Assembly (NCBI GenBank): GCA_016207165.1
Contig: JACQQD010000009.1
Location: 32,001 to 96,000, forward strand
Length of the DNA: 64,000 nt
Direction: 5' to 3'
Source of the DNA: Candidatus Micrarchaeota archaeon
GTDB lineage: Archaea; Micrarchaeota; Micrarchaeia; Norongarragalinales; Norongarragalinaceae
The notes under the pieces are model-generated. The model made no database searches. It saw only the letters and a program-made list of their open reading frames with translations, and was not told where the DNA came from. The translations under genes were made by a program, and so were the position numbers. This document shows, one piece after another, positions 36,420 through 45,600 of the stretch. Position 1 is the first letter of the stretch. Each line of letters opens with the position of its first letter.

Positions 36420-36548
36420 GAATTTGATTCGCGCGCAAGTCGGGGGTTCGGGGAAGCGTAGGACTATAGGGGGCGGAGCCCCCTGTGGTCCGGCAACGAC
36501 ATGATTCGAAGCCAAGTCGAACAAGCGCGAAGCGAGCTTTTGCGTTAG
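36369..36548 (+). repeat. 51-bp direct repeat (36369-36419 and 36498-36548) duplicating the translin 3' end
   Basis: 49/51 identical, both ending TAG; 78-bp G-rich spacer. Confidence 0.92.
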
Positions 36549-36557
36549 TTGCCGCGT

Positions 36558-36764
36558 TTACTCTTGGTTGAACGTTTTTTCGTCCGGCGTTTCCGTGTTG
36601 GACTGAATTTGATTGGCTGGTTTCACGGTTTTTTCTTGTTTCGCGTCTTCGCTTTGGTTTTCGTCGTGCCCGACTTCGGCCTGGAATTGGATGGTGGAGT
36701 AGATGCCGACGATTAGAAGTCCGATTAAAATGATGACGCCGGCGGTGGCCAGGTTCAGTTTCAT
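36558..36764 (-). CDS. Small single-TM protein
   Basis: N-terminal hydrophobic helix and polar tail. Confidence 0.6.
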   Translation of the reverse strand: MKLNLATAGVIILIGLLIVGIYSTIQFQAEVGHDENQSEDAKQEKTVKPANQIQSNTETPDEKTFNQE

Positions 36765-36806
36765 GAATAAAACGCACCTCTGGTTTTCATAGCTTTTTTT
36801 GGGGTT

Positions 36807-37409
36807 TTATGGTTTTCGGGCCTCGAACACGACGAGGTGCTCGAAGAAGAAATCCGCTTTTGCGACTTCTTGTACGGTCAAGCCTTTTTTTTCCAGGGCT
36901 TTTTGCGTGATTTCGTTGCCGGATTGGCCGTCGGTCGCCGAAACGGAGCTGTTCAGGATGTATGCCGCACCGTCTTGGGCCAAGTGCTTGTCGAATTGGT
37001 CCAAAAAGGGATTGATCAGGCGGCGTCCGTCCGCTCCGCCGTCCAATGCTTTGTTGAGGGGTTCCCCAAGTTTCTCCGCTTCAGCGGTGGGTAAGTACGG
37101 AGGATTGAAGAACAGGGTTTCAAAGTTGCCGCGGATGTTGGAGAACAGGTCGGTCAACACGGTCTCAAAGGGCTGGTGTAACTGGTTTTGCGCCACGTTT
37201 TTTTTCACGGCTTCCAGCGCCAACGGGTTTTGGTCGGCGAAGGTGACGCGAATGATGGGGCGCGTCATGGCGTAAAGGCCCACGATGCCGCTGCCGCAGC
37301 ACATGTCCAGCACCCGGCCTTGGGCGTTTTTAGCGGCGGTTTCGGCCAACAAGTGCGAGTCTTCTCGGGGCGCGTAGACGTGGGGTGGCGTGTGGATGGT
37401 GAGGGGCAT
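36807..37409 (-). CDS. HemK2/Mtq2-type N5-glutamine methyltransferase
   Basis: VYAPREDSHLL, LDMCCGSG, FNPPYLP, ALDGGADG. Confidence 0.9.
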   Translation of the reverse strand: MPLTIHTPPHVYAPREDSHLLAETAAKNAQGRVLDMCCGSGIVGLYAMTRPIIRVTFADQNPLALEAVKKNVAQNQLHQPFETVLTDLFSNIRGNFETLFFNPPYLPTAEAEKLGEPLNKALDGGADGRRLINPFLDQFDKHLAQDGAAYILNSSVSATDGQSGNEITQKALEKKGLTVQEVAKADFFFEHLVVFEARKP

Positions 37410-37429
37410 GACGCGGGATATCCCTGTTT

Positions 37430-39505
37430 TTAGGTGCGTTGTTGGCGGGCGACTTCGTCGAGGTGCTCTTTTCGGAGCATGAAGGCTACGGCCACCAGGA
37501 CCAGCATGAGGATGATGACGGCGATCAAGAGCCCGCTGAGGCTGAACAGCCGGCTCTCGGCGTTCAGCGGCACTTGGACGGTTTGGCTTTGCACGCCTTC
37601 CTGGGATTGGGCTTGGACCGTCAGCGGGGCGGCGGCCAGGGCCGTGAACGTCACGGTTTGCTGTTCGCCGGGTTCAAGCTGTGAAATGGTTTGGATGCTT
37701 CCGCCGGAGTTCACGTTGACTTGGTTTAACGTCTTCAATCCGTTGTTGTAGACCACGACGGTGTACGTCACGTCGTTTCCGTTGCGGTTGACGGTGGTGA
37801 CGGCCACGTCCAAGTGGGAGGGGGCTTCGCGGATTTGAAGCACGGTGGCGATTCTCGTTTTTTCGCCTTCATCGCTTTCCGCCGTGATTTGGATTTGGCG
37901 TTGCTGGGTGGACTGGTCTACGGGTATGTTGAAGGCGATGTCAAATGGCGCGGTTTTGCCGGGCACGATGTGCTTTTGTTCCGCGGATTGCGTCACCCAA
38001 TTTTCCGGCAATCCGTCCACGCGGACGCGGACGTTCGTCTGGGTTTTGGCGTGGGCGTTGGTCACGGCCACGCGTTCCGGTTCCGTAATGCCTGCGTAGA
38101 CGTCGTATACTTCGGGTTTGATTTCCAAAAAGCTTTTGCCGGGTTGCAGGCTCGAGGAAACGACCATGTACGCGTTCAAGGATTTTCTCACGCGGCCGTC
38201 GCTGACGGTGACGTCCAATTTGTGTTCGCCCAGTTGCGCTTGTTTGGTGCTGCCCACGGCAAGGGTGACGGCCTTGATTTGGCTGGGCGAGAGGGTGAAC
38301 GAGGGGGCGTCGACGCGGAAGTCAAATTCGGCGGGAGGATTGGCGGTCACGGTGTACGTGCGCGCGATGGTGCCGGTGTTTCGGACCGTGAACGCGATTG
38401 GGCTTTGCTCGCCGCGCGTGATGGGGTAGGATTCGTTGGCAAACACGGTGAAGTCGCGTTGCGCGTCCACGACGAAGCACAGGGGTTGCTCGAAAACGAC
38501 GTAATCCTGGTAGCGGCCGCGGAGAATCACGTGGTACTCGTCTAGCACCGTGGTGGACGGCGGATTGAGGATCCATTTGAGTTCTTGGTAGTCGCCGGGC
38601 GCGATGTCCAGGGCTTGGGTGTCCAAGTGCGACGCGTCGCGGGAGTACTGGTTGCCGACGAGTTCGAATTCAAAGGGGCCTTGGACTTCCCCGTCGTTGC
38701 GCAACCGGAACGTGTGCGTGGTTTCTTGTTCGTGTTTGACCAGTAGGCAACTGGAAGGCGTGTCCTGGAGTTGGAGTTTTAAAAGGTCGGAAAAGACGAA
38801 GACTTGGCGTTTGACCAAAAACGAGTGTTCGCAGCAACCCGAACCGTCAAACGCGTTGATGACGAACAACACTTCGTACGTGTTTCGGGGGGTGCCAGCC
38901 GGAATGTTGACTTTGGCTGTCACCGTTTTTTCGCCTTGCGCGGGAACATCGATGTCCACGTAGTCAAAGTCCGTGGACTTTTCCAGGGGGCTGATGACTT
39001 TGAGGCGGGCAAATCCGCGTTCGTTTTGGTGGTTGCGGATGGAGACTTCAAAGGAAACGGTTTGTCCGGGTCTGGCCGACGAGTTGCCTTCGGGAAACAC
39101 GCGGACGCCAAACGCCTTGGTTTCCAGCGGGTCGGCGGTCCGCACGTCGAGGCTGAAATTCAGGACGTCGCAGGCCACGCTGTCGGACGTCACGGTCACG
39201 GGGATGGAGTGGTTGCCGGTCTTGTCGGCGTCTACAACCAGAGTCAGGGTCCGGGTTTCCGATGGCGTGAGAACGGCTTGCGAGGAGGGCTGGAATGTGC
39301 AGGTGAGGCCTTGCGGACAGGTGCCGGACAATTGAACGAGTTGGGGCTGGAGGCCTTCGTTGAAAAGCGTAATGGGGTACGCGGCTTGGAGTCCTTGCGT
39401 GGTTTGCGCCGAAAGCGTGGTGGACACGTCTAAAAAGTTGCACGACGCCGATACGAGCGGCAAAAGCAATAGCACCAGCCAGTAGCGGGCGTACATGGAT
39501 TCCAT
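37430..39505 (-). CDS. Surface protein with tandem Ig-like (NEW3/CARDB-like) domains and C-terminal TM
   Basis: Signal peptide; repeated F.V.N.G...L.PGE modules; C-terminal TM. Confidence 0.8.
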   Translation of the reverse strand: MESMYARYWLVLLLLPLVSASCNFLDVSTTLSAQTTQGLQAAYPITLFNEGLQPQLVQLSGTCPQGLTCTFQPSSQAVLTPSETRTLTLVVDADKTGNHSIPVTVTSDSVACDVLNFSLDVRTADPLETKAFGVRVFPEGNSSARPGQTVSFEVSIRNHQNERGFARLKVISPLEKSTDFDYVDIDVPAQGEKTVTAKVNIPAGTPRNTYEVLFVINAFDGSGCCEHSFLVKRQVFVFSDLLKLQLQDTPSSCLLVKHEQETTHTFRLRNDGEVQGPFEFELVGNQYSRDASHLDTQALDIAPGDYQELKWILNPPSTTVLDEYHVILRGRYQDYVVFEQPLCFVVDAQRDFTVFANESYPITRGEQSPIAFTVRNTGTIARTYTVTANPPAEFDFRVDAPSFTLSPSQIKAVTLAVGSTKQAQLGEHKLDVTVSDGRVRKSLNAYMVVSSSLQPGKSFLEIKPEVYDVYAGITEPERVAVTNAHAKTQTNVRVRVDGLPENWVTQSAEQKHIVPGKTAPFDIAFNIPVDQSTQQRQIQITAESDEGEKTRIATVLQIREAPSHLDVAVTTVNRNGNDVTYTVVVYNNGLKTLNQVNVNSGGSIQTISQLEPGEQQTVTFTALAAAPLTVQAQSQEGVQSQTVQVPLNAESRLFSLSGLLIAVIILMLVLVAVAFMLRKEHLDEVARQQRT

Positions 39506-39614
39506 GTGCTTTTTTGGCTTTAAATAGACCACTGAATCGGGGTTGCATTTGAGCTGAAAAACGCGGGAACGGGGGGAATATGGGGGTGTGTGTCGCGTTG
39601 GCCCCAATCGGCTG

Positions 39615-40742
39615 TTACTTGTTGGCGGGCCAGCGTCCGCGCACTTCCATGGCCGCCTGAACGCGTTCTTGCGCGATTTGAAGCGCGATGGCTCGCGAGT
39701 ACTTCTTTTCGTCTCGGCGGCGTTGGAGCACCGTTTTGGTGTTGGTCGTGATCTTGCGTTTGACGACGTCGAACATTTGTTCGGGAGTCATGTGTTCCGT
39801 TTCGCACCAGGATGAGATCACGCCGCCGGCGTTGGCCAGAAAGTCAGGCAAGACGATGAGGCCTTTCTTTTCGAGTTCCTCCTCGATTTTGGGGGCGATG
39901 GGCAGGTTGGCGCCCTGCGAGATGACTTTGGCTTTGACTTTGGCTTTGTTGGCGTCGGTAACCACGTCGGGCCGAGCTCCGGGCACCAAGACGTCGCATT
40001 GGACTTCGAACAAGGCTTTGGCGTCCAATTTTTGGCCGTCTTTGTAGTTCGTGACTTTCCCGGTTTCCATCTTGACTTTTTCAAGTTGGTCCACGTCCAA
40101 TCCTTTGGGGTTGTATATGGTGCCGGACGAGTCGGAAACCGCCACGGTCTTGACGCCGTGGTCGCGGAAGAATCGAGCCGTAAACACGCCGACGTTGCCG
40201 AATCCTTCAATGGCGCAGGTGGCGCCTTGCGGCTGCATTTTCAATTCGTCCATGGCGCAAAGTGCGGAGTGCACTACGCCAAAACCGGTGGAACCCAGTT
40301 CGTGGGGCAGTCCTTGGATGGCGGAGGGTTTTCCGGTGACTACGCGGTAGTCTCCTGCTTCATCCATCATCCACGCCATCTCTTTTTCCGTGACGTTCAT
40401 GTCTGGTCCGCCGATGTAGACGTCGGGCAGTACGATTCTGAGTTTTTCCATGAAGGCGCGCATGAAGGCTTGCTTGTCGACTTTTTTTGGGTCTGCTTTG
40501 ATGCCGGATTTGCCGCCGCCAAATGGAATGTCGGCCAACGCGTTTTTCCACGTCATGGCTCTGGCCAATCGGCAGACTTCTTGCGTGGAAATGTCGGGGA
40601 CCATGCGGATGCCGCCTTTGGCGACTCCGCGGGCCGTGTTGTCGATGCAGGCCACGCCTTCCATGCCGGTTTTGGGGTCGTAGACGTTGATGACGTATTC
40701 AGGGCCCCATTGATCGGGCGTGATTTCGGGGGTAGACAACAT
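39615..40742 (-). CDS. gdhA: Glu/Leu/Phe/Val dehydrogenase, probable glutamate dehydrogenase
   Basis: KGGIRM, AMTWKNA, GGGKSGI, GPDMN, GFGNVG, PDFLANAGGVI. Confidence 0.88.
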   Translation of the reverse strand: MLSTPEITPDQWGPEYVINVYDPKTGMEGVACIDNTARGVAKGGIRMVPDISTQEVCRLARAMTWKNALADIPFGGGKSGIKADPKKVDKQAFMRAFMEKLRIVLPDVYIGGPDMNVTEKEMAWMMDEAGDYRVVTGKPSAIQGLPHELGSTGFGVVHSALCAMDELKMQPQGATCAIEGFGNVGVFTARFFRDHGVKTVAVSDSSGTIYNPKGLDVDQLEKVKMETGKVTNYKDGQKLDAKALFEVQCDVLVPGARPDVVTDANKAKVKAKVISQGANLPIAPKIEEELEKKGLIVLPDFLANAGGVISSWCETEHMTPEQMFDVVKRKITTNTKTVLQRRRDEKKYSRAIALQIAQERVQAAMEVRGRWPANK

Positions 40743-40906
40743 GGCGTTTCGGCACCTCAAATGCTTTTTTTTTGTTTTTGTTGGCTGCTTCGCATTAAAA
40801 GAGTTGGGTTGATTTTCTTTCTTCCCTTTCTTCGTGCGGCGCTTACCGCTTTATCGGGAAAACTTATTTAAGGATTGATTTGTTCGACAATGCGCGTTGG
40901 CGCTGC

Positions 40907-41377
40907 TTACCTCCGGTGTCGTTCGATGAATTCGGGGTTGAGCGCCAGGGGTTCCCGGGCTCTTGATTGCAATAGGATGTCTTGCTGTTTGAGCGGGTGC
41001 ACCCAGTTTCTCCGGAATGAGTCGTAGCCTGTGGGGGCCAGTTCGCCCATTTGTTCACCCACGGCGTCTTGCAGTTCAGTAAGCGTGAATTGCCGCTCGT
41101 GTTCGCCGCGTGCCATGGCATGCATTCTCTGAAGCAGAAGCGTCAAAGCGATTTTGGCGCGGACTTCTTTTTCATGGAGTTCCTCGAGGATTCGCGGTTG
41201 AACTCCTGGAATGCGGTGGTCCCACTCCGCAAGAAGTGCGCCGAGATGAGGGATGAGCCGTTGGGTCCGTTCATCCATTTTTGGCTTGGCGGATTTTTTC
41301 CCGGCTTGAAGTCCTCCCAAGTTGGTCGTCTCGCGGTTTCGGACCGTTCGCCTGTAATTGGGTCCTCGCGTGGCCAT
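40907..41377 (-). CDS. Hypothetical Arg-rich protein, possible winged-helix C-terminus
   Basis: 156-aa ORF directly after glyA; FTLTELQDAV...SFRRNWVHPLKQQDIL. Confidence 0.55.
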   Translation of the reverse strand: MATRGPNYRRTVRNRETTNLGGLQAGKKSAKPKMDERTQRLIPHLGALLAEWDHRIPGVQPRILEELHEKEVRAKIALTLLLQRMHAMARGEHERQFTLTELQDAVGEQMGELAPTGYDSFRRNWVHPLKQQDILLQSRAREPLALNPEFIERHRR

Positions 41378-41387
41378 ATGCTTGTTT

Positions 41388-42632
41388 TCACAAGTCCTCG
41401 TACAAGGGAAACTGTTTGCACAAGTAAAGCACGCCGCGTTTGACGGCTTCCAGTTCAGACGGTTTGTCCCAGCCTCGGATGGCGCGGGCCATTAATTGGC
41501 CGACTTCCTGCATTTCCGACTCTTTCATGCCGCGGGTGGTCAGAACCGGCGTGCCGAGGCGGATGCCGGATGGGTCAAAGGGTTTTCTTGGGTCAAAGGG
41601 AATGGTGTTGGCGTTCACCGTGATGTGGGCTTGGTCCAACGCGGTTTCCGCTTGCTTGCCGGTGACGTTCAGGGGACGCAAGTCGGCGAGAAGCAGGTGG
41701 TTGTCGGTTCCGCCGGTTACAAGCCGGATGCCTTCCGCACTCAAGGATTCGCCCAAGGCTTTGGCGTTCTTGACGATTTGCCGGGCGTAGTCTTTGAACT
41801 CGGGTTTAAGCGCTTCCGCAAAGGCCACGGCTTTTCCGGCGATGATGTGTTCATGGGGTCCGCCTTGCATTCCGGGAAAAACGGCTTTGTCGATGGGTTT
41901 GGCAAATTGTTCCTTGCACATGATCATGGCCCCCCGCGGTCCGCGAAGGGTCTTGTGTGTGGTGGTTGTCACCACGTCGGTGAAGGGAAACGGTGACGGG
42001 TGAACTCCGCCTACAACCAGGCCGGCGATGTGGGAAATGTCGGCCATGGAAATGGCGCCCACGCTTTGAGCGATTTCGGCGAAGCGCTTGAAGTCGATTC
42101 GTCTTGGATACGCGGTGGCGCCGGAAACAATCATTTTCGGCTTTTCAGTTTTAGCCTGTTTTTCGATGGCGTCGTAATCTAAAAGCTCCGTGTCTTTTTG
42201 TACGCCGTATTGCACGAACTGGTATGCTTTTCCGGAAAAATTGACGGCGTGCCCGTGCGTGAGGTGGCCGCCTTCGCTTAGCGACATGCCCATGATTTTG
42301 TCGCCCAATTGCAGTAACGCGAAATAGACTTCCAGGTTGGCTGGCGAACCGGAGTAGGGCTGGACGTTGACGTGTTCCGCGCCAAACAGTTTTTTGGCGC
42401 GTTCAATGGCCAAGTCTTCCATTTGGTCGATGACTTCGTTCCCGCCGTAGTATCTTTTGTGGGGGTATCCCTCGGAGTATTTGTTGTTCAGGACGGAGCC
42501 CATGGCTTCCAGAACGGATGGAGACACCATATTTTCCGAGGGGATCATCTCGAATACGGTCTGCTGGCGCTTGATTTCGGATTGGATGATTTGCGCGACC
42601 TTGGAGTCGGTCTTCTGGACGTGTTCAAGCAT
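41388..42632 (-). CDS. glyA: Serine hydroxymethyltransferase (bacterial-like)
   Basis: [42 protein letters not shown]. Confidence 0.97.
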   Translation of the reverse strand: MLEHVQKTDSKVAQIIQSEIKRQQTVFEMIPSENMVSPSVLEAMGSVLNNKYSEGYPHKRYYGGNEVIDQMEDLAIERAKKLFGAEHVNVQPYSGSPANLEVYFALLQLGDKIMGMSLSEGGHLTHGHAVNFSGKAYQFVQYGVQKDTELLDYDAIEKQAKTEKPKMIVSGATAYPRRIDFKRFAEIAQSVGAISMADISHIAGLVVGGVHPSPFPFTDVVTTTTHKTLRGPRGAMIMCKEQFAKPIDKAVFPGMQGGPHEHIIAGKAVAFAEALKPEFKDYARQIVKNAKALGESLSAEGIRLVTGGTDNHLLLADLRPLNVTGKQAETALDQAHITVNANTIPFDPRKPFDPSGIRLGTPVLTTRGMKESEMQEVGQLMARAIRGWDKPSELEAVKRGVLYLCKQFPLYEDL

Positions 42633-42690
42633 TCGAAAAAACCACCTTGTGTTGGCTTTGCGGCGTGAAATCTTTTAAGGCTTATGTACG

Positions 42691-45600
42691 TCACCGTGCA
42701 AACAACGTGCTTCCAACCAGGATGCCGTTGGCCCAGTACGTTCCCGTCGGGCCGTCCGGCAGAATGTCGTAGGTGGCCCCGGTTTCATAGGACTCCACAC
42801 GGATTCGGGTCACTCGTCCATGGTCGACGTCGTCGCCAATTTTCAGTTCATCCACGTTGCGTCCGTCGGAAAGGGGATGCCCTTGTGATATCCGCGCTTG
42901 CCGTCCATCATCCAAGACGAGGTGAACGATTTTTTGTCCAGGTTGCGTGCTTCGGCTCGTGGCCTTCAAAACGACGCCCACGGTTTTCTTTCCTTCCGCG
43001 TTCGTGGTGTACACGGCATCTCCTTGGCGTAGTTGCTCGACGGGCACCGGGCCTTTCGGCGTGTCGATGCGCGTTCCTTTGGCCAGGCAAATCGGGCAAT
43101 TCAATGCACTTGCCGTTTTTTCGTTGATGGTGGCCGTTTGGCTGGCCACCGTTCCCTTCACCAAATACGTTCCCCCGCCTTGGTTTTGCGTGCCGGAAAT
43201 TTTTTCGTGCGTGGAAAAGTCAAATCCGTTGCCGTTGCTTGTCATTCCAATGGCGCGCAAGCGCTTGTATTCCCTGTAGACCTCCAGTTTTTGGTCGTCC
43301 GTAAGCGTCTGGACGCCGGCCAGATTCAGGTGGCGTAAAATGACGGCGTATTCAACGGCGTCTTCGGGCGCTGAAACGTATTCTTGGGCGTGCTGTTTTT
43401 CCAGGTCCAAGCTCCCTATGGGGTAGTAATCGCGGTCGCAAAAGTCAACGCTTCCAGTCAGCGCCGCCTTGACGGAATACCTGGACTCCGCCAAGTCTCC
43501 GGGAGACGGATTTGGGGTGCATACTGGAGCAACCGGGCAGCCGTTGGCATCGGTTTGGCCATTGGGGTAAGTGAGGGTTCCCCCGATGCAGCCGGGCATG
43601 GCGACGGTCGGGCACACCGGCGCGCCCATGGTGCAGGTTGCTCCCGCGGAGCCGTCGTAGTAAATCATGTAGCCTTTGCCGGGCTCCAATGGCGTAGAGG
43701 GGTCGACGTTTTGGAATTGCGCGGATTGGCTGGGCAAGCCCAGAGCGGTGCGCACGAAGATGGATGGAGTTGTAGCCGGTGGAGGAGTTGGTGAAGGGGT
43801 CGCGCTCGGTGAGACCGTGGGTGCACCCGCGAGGCAACATTGGTAGGCTTGCAGTTGTCCGGAGCCGCAGGCGGCGGCCGCGACGCCGTCTGGATCAGAA
43901 ACCAACCAATTGGTTGGACACTGGCCTTGGAGCCGGCATTCGCCGTTCTGCGTGGTGCAGGCGTTGGGGGTGGGACTTGGCGTGGTGGCGGTTCCGGTGG
44001 GTAGGCTAAGTTTGTGGAGTTTTCCGGTGCTAGTCCACGTGCTGGTCAATAAGTTGTATTGGCCGGGGACGCTGGCGTAGCCCACGGAGCCGGGAGCCAA
44101 GACCCAGGATCCGACGCCTTCCGGTGTCGGGTACGCGGCGGCCAAAACCGTCATGTCGGACAAGCGCACGCCCGTCCAGCCGCTTTGGGAACCCAGCACG
44201 TAGGCGATGTCGTTGTTGGCGTCGACCACAGCGGAAAGGGCGTTTGGGACGCTGGCCGAGGCGACTAAGGTAAAGTCGTTGGCGCGTCGTTTATTCAATG
44301 CCCCGTTGTGCACGTAGTAGACGACGCCTCCGGATTGGTCGTTGACGGCGCCGACGGGGCTGCCGATGGGGCTGTTGGTTTGGCTGGCGGTTTGCAGGGT
44401 GGCCACGTTGATTTTTCGTGCGGTTTTGTCCGCCAGGATCGTCGAACCCGTATATATGTTGACGGTGTCGGTGACGGCGCCGATGAGGAGGTTGTCGGGA
44501 ATTCCGGATTGCTGGGCGACAATGTTCAACGTGACGGGATCCATTTTCACGAGTTGTTGGTCGCTGGTTTCCGCGTACAAGTTGGGCCCGATGGACAACG
44601 CGTTCTTGATGGCGGTGCTGGGATATTCTTTCGTGGATTGCTGGGTCAAGTCCGACGCCCGGTAGCGGGTAATCTTGGTGGAATACGTTCCTCCGAATCC
44701 GCCGAAGTTGCTGGCGGGGGTGGTGACTTGCCAGTAGTAGACGTTGCCGCTTTGCTCGTGGTAGTACAGGAATCCGTAGGGGCCGCCGTCCGTTGGGATG
44801 GCGACTTGGTTCTGGATTTGCAGGGTGTCCAACCGGATTTTCAGGATTTTAGTCACGACGGGGTAGACGGTTCCTTCTTGAAGCGTGCCATAGGCGTATA
44901 CGCCGTCGGAGTCCACGGCTAATTGTGTGATGTCGGCTTGGGGTGGGGTGAGTTCCAAGGTTTGAGTGATGGTGAACGCGTTGGGCGTCGGGGTTGGTGT
45001 AGGAGTTGGGCTTGAACTTGCTGTTGGCGTAGCGCATTGGTATTGATAGCACGGGCACGGAGCGGAGGCGCAAGATGGACACAATGGTTGGTTGCGTTGC
45101 TGGCAGGTTTGCCCGCTTTGGCATTGCGTGAGTCCATCGGGGCAGAGGAATGTGTTTGGCGTCGGAGTGGGCGTTGCGGTCGGTGTAACGTAGGCCGGGC
45201 AATTTCCTCGGATGGCGTTGAACGTGGCGGGTTGCGGCGGGCCTGCGATGAAGGTGTAGCCGGTTCTTAGAATGGGGGCATAGGTTTGGGCGGGTTTGTC
45301 TTCCCACGTCAGGCTGCAGGCTTGTTCTCCGTACACGAGGTATCCGACGGGGTACTGAAGCGAAGGCAATTGGTTTTGGTTCAGGGGCGAGAGTTCACCG
45401 AGGCCCTGGATGTATTCGAGGAACAAGTATTTGCCGAAGGGGTCCCGGCATGAGGTGGACAATAGCGCGCCGTCGCCCAAGGGTCCGATGGCGGTAAAGC
45501 CGGCGGGTATGTTGACCGTCTTTTTGGGGATTGGAGGCGGGCACTCGCCGGGAACGTACGGAATGGCGTCCGCGAGGCGGGCTTCGCAGGCGTTGGAGAA

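Noticed and set aside
42691-43089. Hint domain as a true splicing intein
   Set aside because: No terminal His-Asn, no C-extein and no endonuclease.
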